DNA of 64,000 bases from Bdellovibrionales bacterium. Its GTDB lineage: Bacteria; Bdellovibrionota; Bdellovibrionia; Bdellovibrionales; UBA1609. The translations under genes were made by a program, and so were the position numbers. Positions 54,920-63,752 of the stretch are shown here, in pieces. Position 1 is the first letter of the stretch, and every line of letters starts with the position of its first letter. Under the pieces are notes generated by a model, which saw only the letters and a program-made list of their open reading frames with translations, did not search any database and was not told where the DNA came from. The stretch covers positions 30,081-94,080 of the forward strand of contig JBFWQY010000020.1 of the NCBI GenBank assembly GCA_050249195.1, given 5' to 3'.

Positions 54920-56098
54920 TTACCCCTGCGATGTTTTTTGTGTGAATGTCAGAACAACGAATTCGGCGGGCTTCACTGGCGCGTACTTCAACGTGATGTG
55001 CAACTCTCCCAGCGCCATCGTTTCTGCGTTATTGGTTTTGTCAACGATCACCTGAAAGGCCTCCTCTTCCTTGGAGCCGAACAAGGCACCTTCCTGCCAA
55101 AGCCGGCGCATAAAGGCGGTTACCGAGCGATTCACCTGTCCCCACAGCTCCGGAGTGTTCGGTTTAAAGGTGACCCACATCAGTCCATCACGGAGGCTGT
55201 CTTTAAGAAAGGCTTCGAGGCGACACACGTTGACGTATCTTTCGCCGGAGGCGGCGCCGCTGGGATACCAGGTTCTCGCGCCCCAAATGCACGTCCCCAC
55301 CCCGACAACAGGACGGATGAAATTGACCTTGATACCTTCCTTGTTCGTGCTGCGTTCAACAAACTTGTCATGTTCGATTTCGGAAGCCGGGTTCGTGACG
55401 CCAACGACCGAGCGGCAGATGCCACCGGAAATGCCGGCAGGAGCTTTATGAACCCCGCGCTCGCCGTCCGTACGTGCATATACTCCGGCTACGACACATG
55501 AAGGAGGTATATCGACCGTCTGGGTGGCGTCCGTCGCATCAACGACCTTCACCCAAGGATAATAAACCGCAAGCATTTTATCGTAGAGACTGCCGACAGC
55601 TGAAAATGTCGCAAGATCAATCTCGTCATCCGTATGATCCGCGGCTGCAACGGCATCGATAATCGCGAAGGCATTGATCTTCGTGCAGACTTCCACCACA
55701 TTGGCTGCAAATGTAGCGTCCGCCGCTCCCTCGGGATAGCAGAGAATCGTGATTTGCTCGTTGGCCAGAATGAGGTCCTTGGCCTGAGCGAACGTCTTCT
55801 TCGCGCCATCGTTCAGGTTAAGAACATAACAAACGGTGCCGCCCTCCGCGAAAAAATGTTTAACAGCGTAGGGAAGGTAACACTCGGTATTATGGACGGT
55901 ACCATACAATTTGGCCTCGTCACCCCCTCCATACTCGCTAACAAACTCAGAGTAGTTGGTGATCTTTGTCACCTTTAAGCTCGCGCTGGCTTCTTTGACC
56001 AACCCGACAAACAGAACCGTTGATGTGCCGGCCCCCGCAATCGGATTGAGTCCGCTCGATTTCTCTTCAAAATAAACCCGGGGTGACAAAATCTCCAT
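54920..56098 (-). CDS. contractile sheath protein 1
   Basis: 392 aa. The N-terminus SPRVYFEEKSSGLNPIAGAGTSTVLFVG and the C-terminus GELHITLKYAPVKPAEFVVLTF match the sheath family. Confidence 0.85.
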   Translation of the reverse strand: MEILSPRVYFEEKSSGLNPIAGAGTSTVLFVGLVKEASASLKVTKITNYSEFVSEYGGGDEAKLYGTVHNTECYLPYAVKHFFAEGGTVCYVLNLNDGAKKTFAQAKDLILANEQITILCYPEGAADATFAANVVEVCTKINAFAIIDAVAAADHTDDEIDLATFSAVGSLYDKMLAVYYPWVKVVDATDATQTVDIPPSCVVAGVYARTDGERGVHKAPAGISGGICRSVVGVTNPASEIEHDKFVERSTNKEGIKVNFIRPVVGVGTCIWGARTWYPSGAASGERYVNVCRLEAFLKDSLRDGLMWVTFKPNTPELWGQVNRSVTAFMRRLWQEGALFGSKEEEAFQVIVDKTNNAETMALGELHITLKYAPVKPAEFVVLTFTQKTSQG

Positions 56099-56135
56099 TC
56101 AGCGACTCCTTTTCATTTCTTCATTTTCATCATTA

Positions 56136-56714
56136 TCATTCGTTGATAATTCGGGTCTCGAGATCGATTTTCGGAGCGTCCGAAAGGGACGAGACCGGCT
56201 GAATCTCGGGTAATGTCTCCAACTGGTCTGCCTTTGGATACACGAAGACCGGTGCTAGCTGATAAAAAAGCGCCAGCGATTGGGCTTTCGCCGGAAACAT
56301 CGACCAGAACTTATTGAGCTCTTCCAGCCCCATTATCTTCGAAATAATCTTAACTACATTCTCGTGCGCTTCTGATTTTTGAACGATAAAGGGGTGCCGG
56401 AAGAAATAATCAGAGACATTTTCGAGAAAATTCATCTCCTGCTCCGAATCGTCAAATGTGGAATAAATAATAATGTTAGCCTCAATCACCAACAGAGGCG
56501 CTCGGTACCTGCCAGCGGAGACGCGTTCAGAAGGACTATTGACATAATGTGGATTGCGATTGAAATGGTAAATGTAAATGCCGAGTTTATCTTTACCGGC
56601 GTGCTGCGGCGACTTCACAAGGATATCGTTGGCATTGATCAGGTTGGTCAAAGCCGCACCCGTCGCTGTTTTAATCGAATCGCATATCTCATACAGAACC
56701 ATCGCTGTGCTCAA
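56136..56714 (-). CDS. DUF4255-type protein (Afp16/Pvc16-class tail terminator/cap)
   Basis: 192 aa with an ATGA overlap with the ATPase. Size and position match DUF4255. The assignment is partly positional. Confidence 0.6.
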   Translation of the reverse strand: MSTAMVLYEICDSIKTATGAALTNLINANDILVKSPQHAGKDKLGIYIYHFNRNPHYVNSPSERVSAGRYRAPLLVIEANIIIYSTFDDSEQEMNFLENVSDYFFRHPFIVQKSEAHENVVKIISKIMGLEELNKFWSMFPAKAQSLALFYQLAPVFVYPKADQLETLPEIQPVSSLSDAPKIDLETRIINE

Positions 56715-58522
56715 TGGGTCTCCTGATCCAGCGGATTACTGAAGAACAGACCCATTTTTTTGTGCTCCATTTCGGCGGCGGCCACGATATGCTCCATCTC
56801 AATCTGACCGCTATCCCCCTTGGCGCTGAGGGCGGCATTCAACGCGATTTTTCTGATACTGGCGCCGGAAATCTTCATCTTTTCGGCCAGTAGGTCAAAG
56901 TCAATTGTCCCTAAAGGGGCTCGCGCAGGAAACGACGACTGCCACATCCGTCGCCTTTCCCGCGCCGCCGGAAGAGAGAACCGTATGGAATAATCAAAAC
57001 GACGGAAAAAAGCCGGGTCGATGTTTCGCTCGAGGTTGGTCGCCAGCACCACAATACCGTCGTGCATCTCCATTCTCTGCAGGAGATAATTGATTTCAAT
57101 ATTGGAAAAACGGTCATTGGACGATTTCTGCTCGCTGCGCTGGGCGAACAGCGCCTCGGCCTCATCGAAAAGCACGAGGGTCGAGGGACCCACCAGGTCC
57201 TTAAAGACTTTCTCGATATTTTTTTCCGTTTCACCGACGTACTTGCTGATCAACGACGACAATTCAATTTTGTGCATCGTCCGTCCCAGCTCAAAGGCCA
57301 TAACGTTGGCGCTGAGGGTCTTGCCCGTACCGCTGGCGCCGAAGAAAAGAACGTTAACGCCCTCGTGAGTAGAGAAATCCTGCGAAAAGCCCCACTCACG
57401 CAAAACGAATCCTCGATCCCTGATACTCGCAATCACTCGCCTAAATTCCACCTCCTGCTCAGGCGCAAAGATCAGGTCTTTCTGCGAAAAAGTGCGGCTT
57501 TGCGCGGCCGGATTCTTCACCTCAACCGCAATAACATCGTTGATGGGATCACCTGAATGCCGTTTCTGTAGGCAAACCACAGGCCACCCGAACCGAACCG
57601 CCTCGCTCACAATTTTTTGAGCCATCGCCGAGTCGCGCATTTCGTCGCCAAGATCAAGAGCCAGGAGCGAGTGGGTCAAAATCGTTTCCTTAAAAAGTTC
57701 ACCCACGAGATCGAACGAACGCTCAACCAGTGGCACTTCGGCGAGCTTCAAAACAAGAGTGTTGAGGTCACAGTCGCGAGAGAGCTGGCGCGCGAAGTCC
57801 AGGCGGTGATCATCATTGCCTCCATAAACAAGGACGGCTTTTCGGCCCATTAGATCCGTAACGGAGTCCGGTCCGCTCACGAGAAGCTTGTCCGTGGAAT
57901 AGGGATGAAATGCGGTGCAGGCGCGGATAGGACCGCCGGCCGAATTGTCGCCGACGAGAAACCGAAAGACTCTCTCGTTGAGACGAAAAAAACGACCCAG
58001 AATTTTACCGACCGGCGGTCTCTCGAAAATATCAATCAGGTGGAATTGCAACAGGGGTGAGTCCGCCGTGAGCGGCCAATCGGTTTGCGGTTCGGAATTG
58101 ATGAGTTGCAGAGCGAACTGAATGGTCGGTAAGGTAAGATCATCCAGTTTATTATAAAAGCGAAAGATAAAGTCGGCGTTTTCATCCAGCTCAGCGAATA
58201 GTCCAAGAAGAAGGAATAAGGCCTCGGATTCTGAAAGGCTGAACCGACGGATTAGTATCTGAAAGCGACCTTCGTCTTCTTCTTTAGTCTCAGCCAGATC
58301 CCTGGCAACGGCCGCGATTCGCCTGTCAATCTCAGCCCGACCAAGACCGGCGATCAAATCACCGAAGATATGGAAAAACGGCTCCGTATCCCCATTACTT
58401 ATGATGAGTCGCTGAACTTTCAACCTAACATATTCCAAATGTCTCGCGTACAGGGGTACATCCTTGTCCAAAGTACAGCCGATTGAAAGCTGATCATAAA
58501 CAGAATCGTTTTTAAAAAACAA
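56711..58522 (-). CDS. eCIS AAA+ ATPase (Afp15/Pvc15 class)
   Basis: 603 aa. Walker A is GASGTGKT and Walker B is LVLFDEAEALF. The N-terminal region FSLSESEALFLLLGLFAELDENADFIFRFYNKLDDLTLPTIQFALQL is typical of eCIS ATPases. Confidence 0.85.
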   Translation of the reverse strand: MFFKNDSVYDQLSIGCTLDKDVPLYARHLEYVRLKVQRLIISNGDTEPFFHIFGDLIAGLGRAEIDRRIAAVARDLAETKEEDEGRFQILIRRFSLSESEALFLLLGLFAELDENADFIFRFYNKLDDLTLPTIQFALQLINSEPQTDWPLTADSPLLQFHLIDIFERPPVGKILGRFFRLNERVFRFLVGDNSAGGPIRACTAFHPYSTDKLLVSGPDSVTDLMGRKAVLVYGGNDDHRLDFARQLSRDCDLNTLVLKLAEVPLVERSFDLVGELFKETILTHSLLALDLGDEMRDSAMAQKIVSEAVRFGWPVVCLQKRHSGDPINDVIAVEVKNPAAQSRTFSQKDLIFAPEQEVEFRRVIASIRDRGFVLREWGFSQDFSTHEGVNVLFFGASGTGKTLSANVMAFELGRTMHKIELSSLISKYVGETEKNIEKVFKDLVGPSTLVLFDEAEALFAQRSEQKSSNDRFSNIEINYLLQRMEMHDGIVVLATNLERNIDPAFFRRFDYSIRFSLPAARERRRMWQSSFPARAPLGTIDFDLLAEKMKISGASIRKIALNAALSAKGDSGQIEMEHIVAAAEMEHKKMGLFFSNPLDQETH

Positions 58523-58690
58523 TCTGAGAAAAAAATTTTGAATGCGCCATAAACAGCTTTAGCGAAGTCAGTTTTTCTAAAATCCACTGACTGGACCATA
58601 GTCCAGATAGTGTGATCTGAGTTGCTAAACTGTTCTTAATCTATCCTGAGCTCTAGAAAGAAAGCTCAAGTCGGTATCGCGCGGGCTCTT

Positions 58691-58750
58691 CGATTCGACT
58701 CGACCCGACTCGACCCGACTTGATTTGATTTGATTATATTGGATTCGATT
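58691..58750. repeat. 12-unit pentanucleotide tandem array (YGAYY) with 10-bp super-periodicity
   Basis: CGATT CGACT CGACC CGACT CGACC CGACT TGATT TGATT TGATT ATATT GGATT CGATT. It contains or abuts 5 GANTC sites and lies between the eCIS operon and the divergent kinase gene. Confidence 0.8.
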
Positions 58751-58965
58751 CTTTCGCCGCAGGCCATAAATTCACTTTCTAGATTGATCAAGAATGATTT
58801 ACCTGAACTGACTTGCTCTCTTTTTTACGCCCCTTCGTTGGGGCATTCTTCGGCCGACATATGGATGTAGATCTCAAGTGCGCGCCCTGCGACCCAGAAC
58901 GCATCGCATCAGCCACTCCCATCCTAATGGTTGCAAGCCTTCTAAAAGGTTACTACTAAGTTTTC

Positions 58966-60762
58966 ATGCGCGATCCTCTGGCCCACGAACTCCTCATTCA
59001 ATGGCGCCAAGCACGCGCCATTCGGGTAGGACAAATCTTTGGAGTTGTGGGATTTCTTCTTGCGGGGCTCACAACCTTAGCCGACGTCATCTGGGCGAAC
59101 TATGTTCTCTTACCTACGGATTTCATCCTCATGTGGGGATGTGCGCAGACTTTGATTTGGGTGCGAGCACCGCAGCCACCCCAGTATTTCTGGAAACCGA
59201 TTTACTTCAGCTACTTTGTCGCGAGTTTGCCCACATATTGGATAACGGGAGGCCTGAGCAGCCCCTTCTTCGGAATTGGCATTGCCTTGCTCTACGCGAC
59301 TGGGGAGATCTTGGACGCCAGAGGTCGCTCACGATTTCACCTGGCTTTTGCCTTGTTGCACATTCCGGCCTTTATCGTTGCGGAATATCTTCATCCATTG
59401 GCAAGCCCGCCGCCCCTGCCGCTCGCCTTTACCGCACTCGTGACCGCCGCAAATCTATGCGGGGTATTTGTTTGCTTTCGTTCCTTTCTGCACACGGAGG
59501 AGGAGCTCTCGCTGAAATTCAGTGAGCGCCAGGCTCAACTGGCTGAAGCCGGAACGCTGCTCGAAAGGCGCGTCGAAGAGCGCACCCTCCAACTTGAGCA
59601 AAGTCTTGAGCGCGAGATCGCCGCGAAAGAGCTGGCGGAAAAGGCCAGCCAGGCAAAAATGCAGTTTTTGGCAAACATGAGTCACGAGATCCGCACTCCT
59701 CTGGGGGCCGTCTTGGGCTTTGCAGAGATTCTAGCCGAGGAAAGATCACCAGAGAAAATCAATGAGTTTATAACCCGCATCCGCACAAATGGAACTCAAC
59801 TCTTGCGTCTGGTGGACGATATTCTGGATCTTTCCAAATTCGAGGCGGGAAAGATCCCGATTCAGAAATCGGCGGTGGACGTGAAGGCTTTGATCCGCGA
59901 GACGGCCAATTCATTTCAGCCCGCATTGCGCGCCAAGAAACTGAGACTGGATCTCTGTATAGACAAAAGTGTCCCCTCGGAGCTCGTAATCGATGAAACA
60001 CGCACGAGCCAGGTCTTTGGGAATTTGCTCAACAACGCCATCAAGTTCTCTGATTCGGGCACAATCAAAGTGTCCGTACAGGCACGTGATAACAGACTCG
60101 CATTGAGTGTTGAAGACATGGGAATTGGCATTTCCCCCATGGATCAGAAAAATCTGTTTCAGATGTTCAGCCAAGCGGACAGTTCGATCGCACGCCGGTT
60201 TGGTGGCAGCGGACTGGGATTGGCCCTCTCCAAGCGCATCAGCGAGGCCATGGGCGGCACGCTTGAACTCATGTGGAGCGTGCCAGGCAAGGGCAGCCAT
60301 TTTCAGTTCCAGGTCCCATTTGACGTACCGCACGCCTTGCGCCCAGCGTCCTGTGAGTCTTCGCCCAACAGACGGCCCGCTGGCAGAGGCTCAACCACAC
60401 ATCATGTTCTTCTCGCTGAAGATTCGCCCGACAACGTCTTCCTGATTTGTCATCTCATCGAACCGCTCGGATATAGGATCGACGTGGCTACCGATGGGCT
60501 TGCAGCGGTGGAAGCCGCGCTTCAGAAGCACTATGATTTCATTCTGATGGACATCCAAATGCCCCGCATGGATGGCCTCGAAGCCACACGACAAATCCGA
60601 GCTCACGGCTTTAAAAATCCCATCATTGCCCTGACGGCTCACGCGCTTCGGTCGGAAGCCGAACGCTCCCTGGCCGCCGGCTGCAACCGCCATTTAACAA
60701 AACCTGTGTCACGTGCAGAGTTGATTGAAGTACTGAGCGATACGCGAGCTCACGCTCCGTAA
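58966..60762 (+). CDS. hybrid sensor histidine kinase / response regulator
   Basis: 598 aa. An N-terminal multi-TM region is followed by the H-box MSHEIRTPL, the N/G boxes NLLNNAIKFS, DMGIGIS and GGSGLGLALSKRI, and a C-terminal receiver domain (VLLAEDSPDN…ILMDIQMPRMDG…LTAHA). Confidence 0.85.
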   Translation: MRDPLAHELLIQWRQARAIRVGQIFGVVGFLLAGLTTLADVIWANYVLLPTDFILMWGCAQTLIWVRAPQPPQYFWKPIYFSYFVASLPTYWITGGLSSPFFGIGIALLYATGEILDARGRSRFHLAFALLHIPAFIVAEYLHPLASPPPLPLAFTALVTAANLCGVFVCFRSFLHTEEELSLKFSERQAQLAEAGTLLERRVEERTLQLEQSLEREIAAKELAEKASQAKMQFLANMSHEIRTPLGAVLGFAEILAEERSPEKINEFITRIRTNGTQLLRLVDDILDLSKFEAGKIPIQKSAVDVKALIRETANSFQPALRAKKLRLDLCIDKSVPSELVIDETRTSQVFGNLLNNAIKFSDSGTIKVSVQARDNRLALSVEDMGIGISPMDQKNLFQMFSQADSSIARRFGGSGLGLALSKRISEAMGGTLELMWSVPGKGSHFQFQVPFDVPHALRPASCESSPNRRPAGRGSTTHHVLLAEDSPDNVFLICHLIEPLGYRIDVATDGLAAVEAALQKHYDFILMDIQMPRMDGLEATRQIRAHGFKNPIIALTAHALRSEAERSLAAGCNRHLTKPVSRAELIEVLSDTRAHAP

Positions 60763-60926
60763 TAGGATGCATTGTTATCAAACCGCCGGTTCCGATCGGA
60801 GCGTGAATTCTCCTCGGTGTTGGACCTCAGCGCGCGGCGGCCGCAGCAGGGCCAGCAGGAATAGGAGCTACCTGTTGGCCGGCCGGTGCCCCTGTGTTCC
60901 CTGGAGGGGACACACTACCAGCAGCG

Positions 60927-62381
60927 TCAGGTGGTCGAAGACATTGGTCCAAGCCTGTACCGAACATTGGCGCCTTTAAACCGCGCCCTCAACTTTCCCT
61001 GCCTAAGGCCCTCCTGGCAACGCCTGAGGAAAGCGCTACGGGAGAGGTCAAGCGCCTGACAAGCTTCTACCGCCGTAAATTCATTGGCTCCAAACTTTTC
61101 CCTGAGACGGTCTAGCCACAGATCACTCTTATGCACCTGATGCAAGGGAGCCAAAACAGAGGCATTTTGGTTTAACACGACCTTGTAGTTTCTATGAGAT
61201 TCTACAATCTGAAAGCCTGAGGCCTTCATGGCCGCGCGCGTACGCCATAAACATTGATGCACACGGTTCGGTGAGGAGTTGATATTGAATCGTTCACCCG
61301 GGAAGAGCTGAGCAAAGAGTGCTCCAAGCTGAACAGGCCTATAAAAATCTTTGAACATCACGGTCATCAGGCGAAAGCAAATGCCATCAAATACGGTTTC
61401 GCCTTTCCCTTCCGCCGTAGTCAATCGGCCCGTGGTGAGGTCGAGTACGGAGGAGCCGGACCCGAGTTTGAATTTCGTGATGGTCGCCTGGCGTCCAAGC
61501 TCTTGGCAGAGGCGTTCGCGAAATGATTTGAAGGGTGTCCCAAAGAGCAAATAGTGAAAACGAGATTCTTCAAAATGAATCATCAATCCGAAACGATCGG
61601 CGTCGCGCGCACTCTCCCAATGCCGCTTTTGGACCGCAAGTTCCCGAAAATGCAGGATAGGATCGGTGCTCTTGTGTCTAAAGCCTTGGAGAATCGCTTG
61701 CCACTTGCCAATAAGAAGCTCATCGGACGTGCCATCTGATGTCAAGATGCCTCTGGCCTGGTTGAGACTGGTCTCGGCCTCTCGCCACCGGCCTTGGCGC
61801 AGCTCCATTTGACCGGAGAGCTCAAAACAGTTGGCCAGGAGACGTCCAAATCCATTCTCTCTCGCAAGCGCAATTGTCTGAGCCAGAACCTCACGGGATC
61901 TGTCCCACTCTCCAAGATTGACGAGACAAGCCGCGAGGTTCACCTGCGCCAGCGCACGCGAGTAGAGCGGAGGCCCTGATGCAATATACGGCTCGAGCTG
62001 TTGGACCGCAAATTCAAAGTCCCAATTGGCCATGTGGCAAAAAGCCATGTAGAGGGTGGCTTCGGGCACATCCCGGATTTCGGAGAGAATCTTCAAAGCT
62101 TCCAAATTGTTCCCGTTCTTTGAAATCAGGGCGGCATACTCGGCGCGCTCGAACGGTGAAGCCTCCGCTTTCCACCGGCTCCGTTCATTATATAAAAGCG
62201 GTGTGAGAAGACGCAGCCCAAGGGAAAAGAGATTGGCTCGGCGACAGATCGTGGCCAGGCCTAATGTTTCGGCGCGGCTGACAGAATTCAAATTCAAACG
62301 CGAGATCTTATGGCGGACTGAAGCTGCCCGTCCCTGTCTCAAATCGAGATCGCAATCCGCAATGAGCTCCTGGACTGTCAT
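60927..62381 (-). CDS. TPR-like repeat protein with a probable C-terminal winged-helix DNA-binding domain
   Basis: 484 aa. The N-terminal half consists of helical repeats. The C-terminal part (LMTVMFKDFYRPVQLGALFAQLFPGERFNINSSPNRVHQCLWRTRAAMKASGFQIVESHRNYKV) resembles an OmpR/wHTH effector domain. Confidence 0.55.
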   Translation of the reverse strand: MTVQELIADCDLDLRQGRAASVRHKISRLNLNSVSRAETLGLATICRRANLFSLGLRLLTPLLYNERSRWKAEASPFERAEYAALISKNGNNLEALKILSEIRDVPEATLYMAFCHMANWDFEFAVQQLEPYIASGPPLYSRALAQVNLAACLVNLGEWDRSREVLAQTIALARENGFGRLLANCFELSGQMELRQGRWREAETSLNQARGILTSDGTSDELLIGKWQAILQGFRHKSTDPILHFRELAVQKRHWESARDADRFGLMIHFEESRFHYLLFGTPFKSFRERLCQELGRQATITKFKLGSGSSVLDLTTGRLTTAEGKGETVFDGICFRLMTVMFKDFYRPVQLGALFAQLFPGERFNINSSPNRVHQCLWRTRAAMKASGFQIVESHRNYKVVLNQNASVLAPLHQVHKSDLWLDRLREKFGANEFTAVEACQALDLSRSAFLRRCQEGLRQGKLRARFKGANVRYRLGPMSSTT

Positions 62382-62544
62382 GCTCTCATAACATCATTGC
62401 CCCGTGAAAATTCACAGGTTTGTGTCTCAAACTGAGCCGCCTCTCACCATTTTTTTAAGTCGCGAGATTCAGACGTAGCTGAAAAAATGTGTAGGTATGA
62501 GATTCATATCGAAACGAGATACAATGCAAGCAAGGGGGAAAGAA

Positions 62545-63252
62545 ATGACGAATCCAATAGCGAAGCTGATGACGACTCTGATTTCAGTCATAAGCTTAAG
62601 CTTTTTAACGGTCGGCTGTTCAGAGACGGATTTCTCTTCACGATCACAATCAAGCCTCAAGGCGAGCGGCGAAAGTTACGCCGGCAAAGTTTACTCCTAC
62701 AGGATCGACGAGTTTTGCTCTGACGGCACAAATGTCGCCTCAAGTATCGAGGTGACGCCTGAAGGCCAAATCCTCCTTGTGAAAGACAATTGCCAGATTC
62801 TCTCTCCTCCCCAGGCTCTCCAAAGTTCGGAAGTCGACCGCTCGGGAGCCGAGAGTATCCTAATCTATCAAAACCATGTTTATATCGCCGAGAAAGCAAC
62901 GGATGCGGCCGATGAAACGCCGGGGCCAGGCGATGAGACGCCCGAAGAAAATTCACATTCCAACGGATCGGTCTGTTTGGTGAAGGGAACTGATTACGCA
63001 ATGGATGAGGCGTTTGCCTTGTACCACCCGGGAGAAGCGCCAACTTCTTCGCGCGACAGCTGCAAAGCCCAAGGGGCACTGGGCCGGAAGGCAAATGGCC
63101 AGCCCATGCGGACGAGCATCTACTATATCAAGTTGTCATCACTTCCTCCCCGCCTGCGCGAATACAATCCAAACTTTATCAACGCGGATGAGGTGGTTGA
63201 ATTTATCATGCTCAACTTTGACCCGATTACGACCGTGGGCCCGTCGCACTGA
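62545..63252 (+). CDS. lipoprotein, function unknown
   Basis: Track ORF 62497..63252. The ATG at 62545 follows GGGGGAAAGAA. The lipobox is LSFLTVGC. Confidence 0.55.
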   Translation: MTNPIAKLMTTLISVISLSFLTVGCSETDFSSRSQSSLKASGESYAGKVYSYRIDEFCSDGTNVASSIEVTPEGQILLVKDNCQILSPPQALQSSEVDRSGAESILIYQNHVYIAEKATDAADETPGPGDETPEENSHSNGSVCLVKGTDYAMDEAFALYHPGEAPTSSRDSCKAQGALGRKANGQPMRTSIYYIKLSSLPPRLREYNPNFINADEVVEFIMLNFDPITTVGPSH

Positions 63253-63494
63253 TACATATCTTTCGAGCCTTGGCGCAGAGCCGAGAGCGGCAACAGGCTG
63301 GCAGGGAGCACCTGCCAGCAGCCTCTCGATAAGGAGATCCTTTGTTCGACCCGGCAATAGGTAATACCGTGGCCTTCCAAAGGCCCTGACCTCCTAGAAT
63401 AAACTAAATCTGTGTTCTGGGTCTTCATGATGGCTAGCTGAAGGACCTGAATTGAATGTCTTAGATACTATAACTGTCATAAAATGGAGAATAG

Positions 63495-63752
63495 CTACTT
63501 GGCCAATTCAATTCCCATACATCGGTATTGATCTCCCTGTAGAGCTATAGTAAATCTAACCTTGCGTTCAATCTTTACAAGATATTCATTTATACCTAAG
63601 TTATAATATTGACAGACTAGCGCAGATGAAGATGTATCAAGCGCGTTCTGTATTTCAGTCACATATTTATTAATGCGAGCTTCATCCGTCTTATCCGCTG
63701 CAAGTGCCGGGAAAGTTATTAATAAACCAAATAAAAGTATGAACTGCTTCAT
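63495..63752 (-). CDS. small secreted hypothetical protein
   Basis: Track ORF 63495..63881. The ATG at 63752 follows AAGGAG. The signal peptide is MKQFILLFGLLITFPALAA. Confidence 0.45.
   Translation of the reverse strand: MKQFILLFGLLITFPALAADKTDEARINKYVTEIQNALDTSSSALVCQYYNLGINEYLVKIERKVRFTIALQGDQYRCMGIELAK

Larger units (their letters stand above)
38975..58522 (-). other. extracellular contractile injection system (eCIS / PLTS-type) gene cluster: 20 co-directional, translationally coupled genes
   Basis: See the individual CDS entries. There is no capsid, portal or terminase gene and no T6SS membrane-complex gene in or beside the cluster. Confidence 0.85.

Noticed and set aside
39017-57556. 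Many long plus-strand ORFs inside the eCIS cluster, e.g. 40613..41239, 41363..42199, 49968..50795, 54788..55501, 57062..57556.
   Set aside because: Each lies antisense to a minus-strand gene with clear family motifs and operon coupling. Their sequences are low-complexity and lack RBS or motif support. They are treated as shadow ORFs.
38975-58522. Interpreting the contractile-tail cluster as a prophage or tailocin remnant, or as a canonical T6SS.
   Set aside because: There are no capsid, portal, terminase, integrase, replication or holin genes and no TssJ/L/M/K-type genes in or beside the cluster. The AAA+ ATPase, DUF4255 and DUF4157 genes are eCIS hallmarks. Whole-genome context is still needed to be certain.
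58878-59525. 215-aa plus-strand ORF overlapping the histidine kinase N-terminus.
   Set aside because: It is an alternative frame of the kinase gene, whose frame encodes coherent TM helices followed by HisKA/HATPase/REC motifs. The alternative product is Arg/Ser/His-rich with no features.
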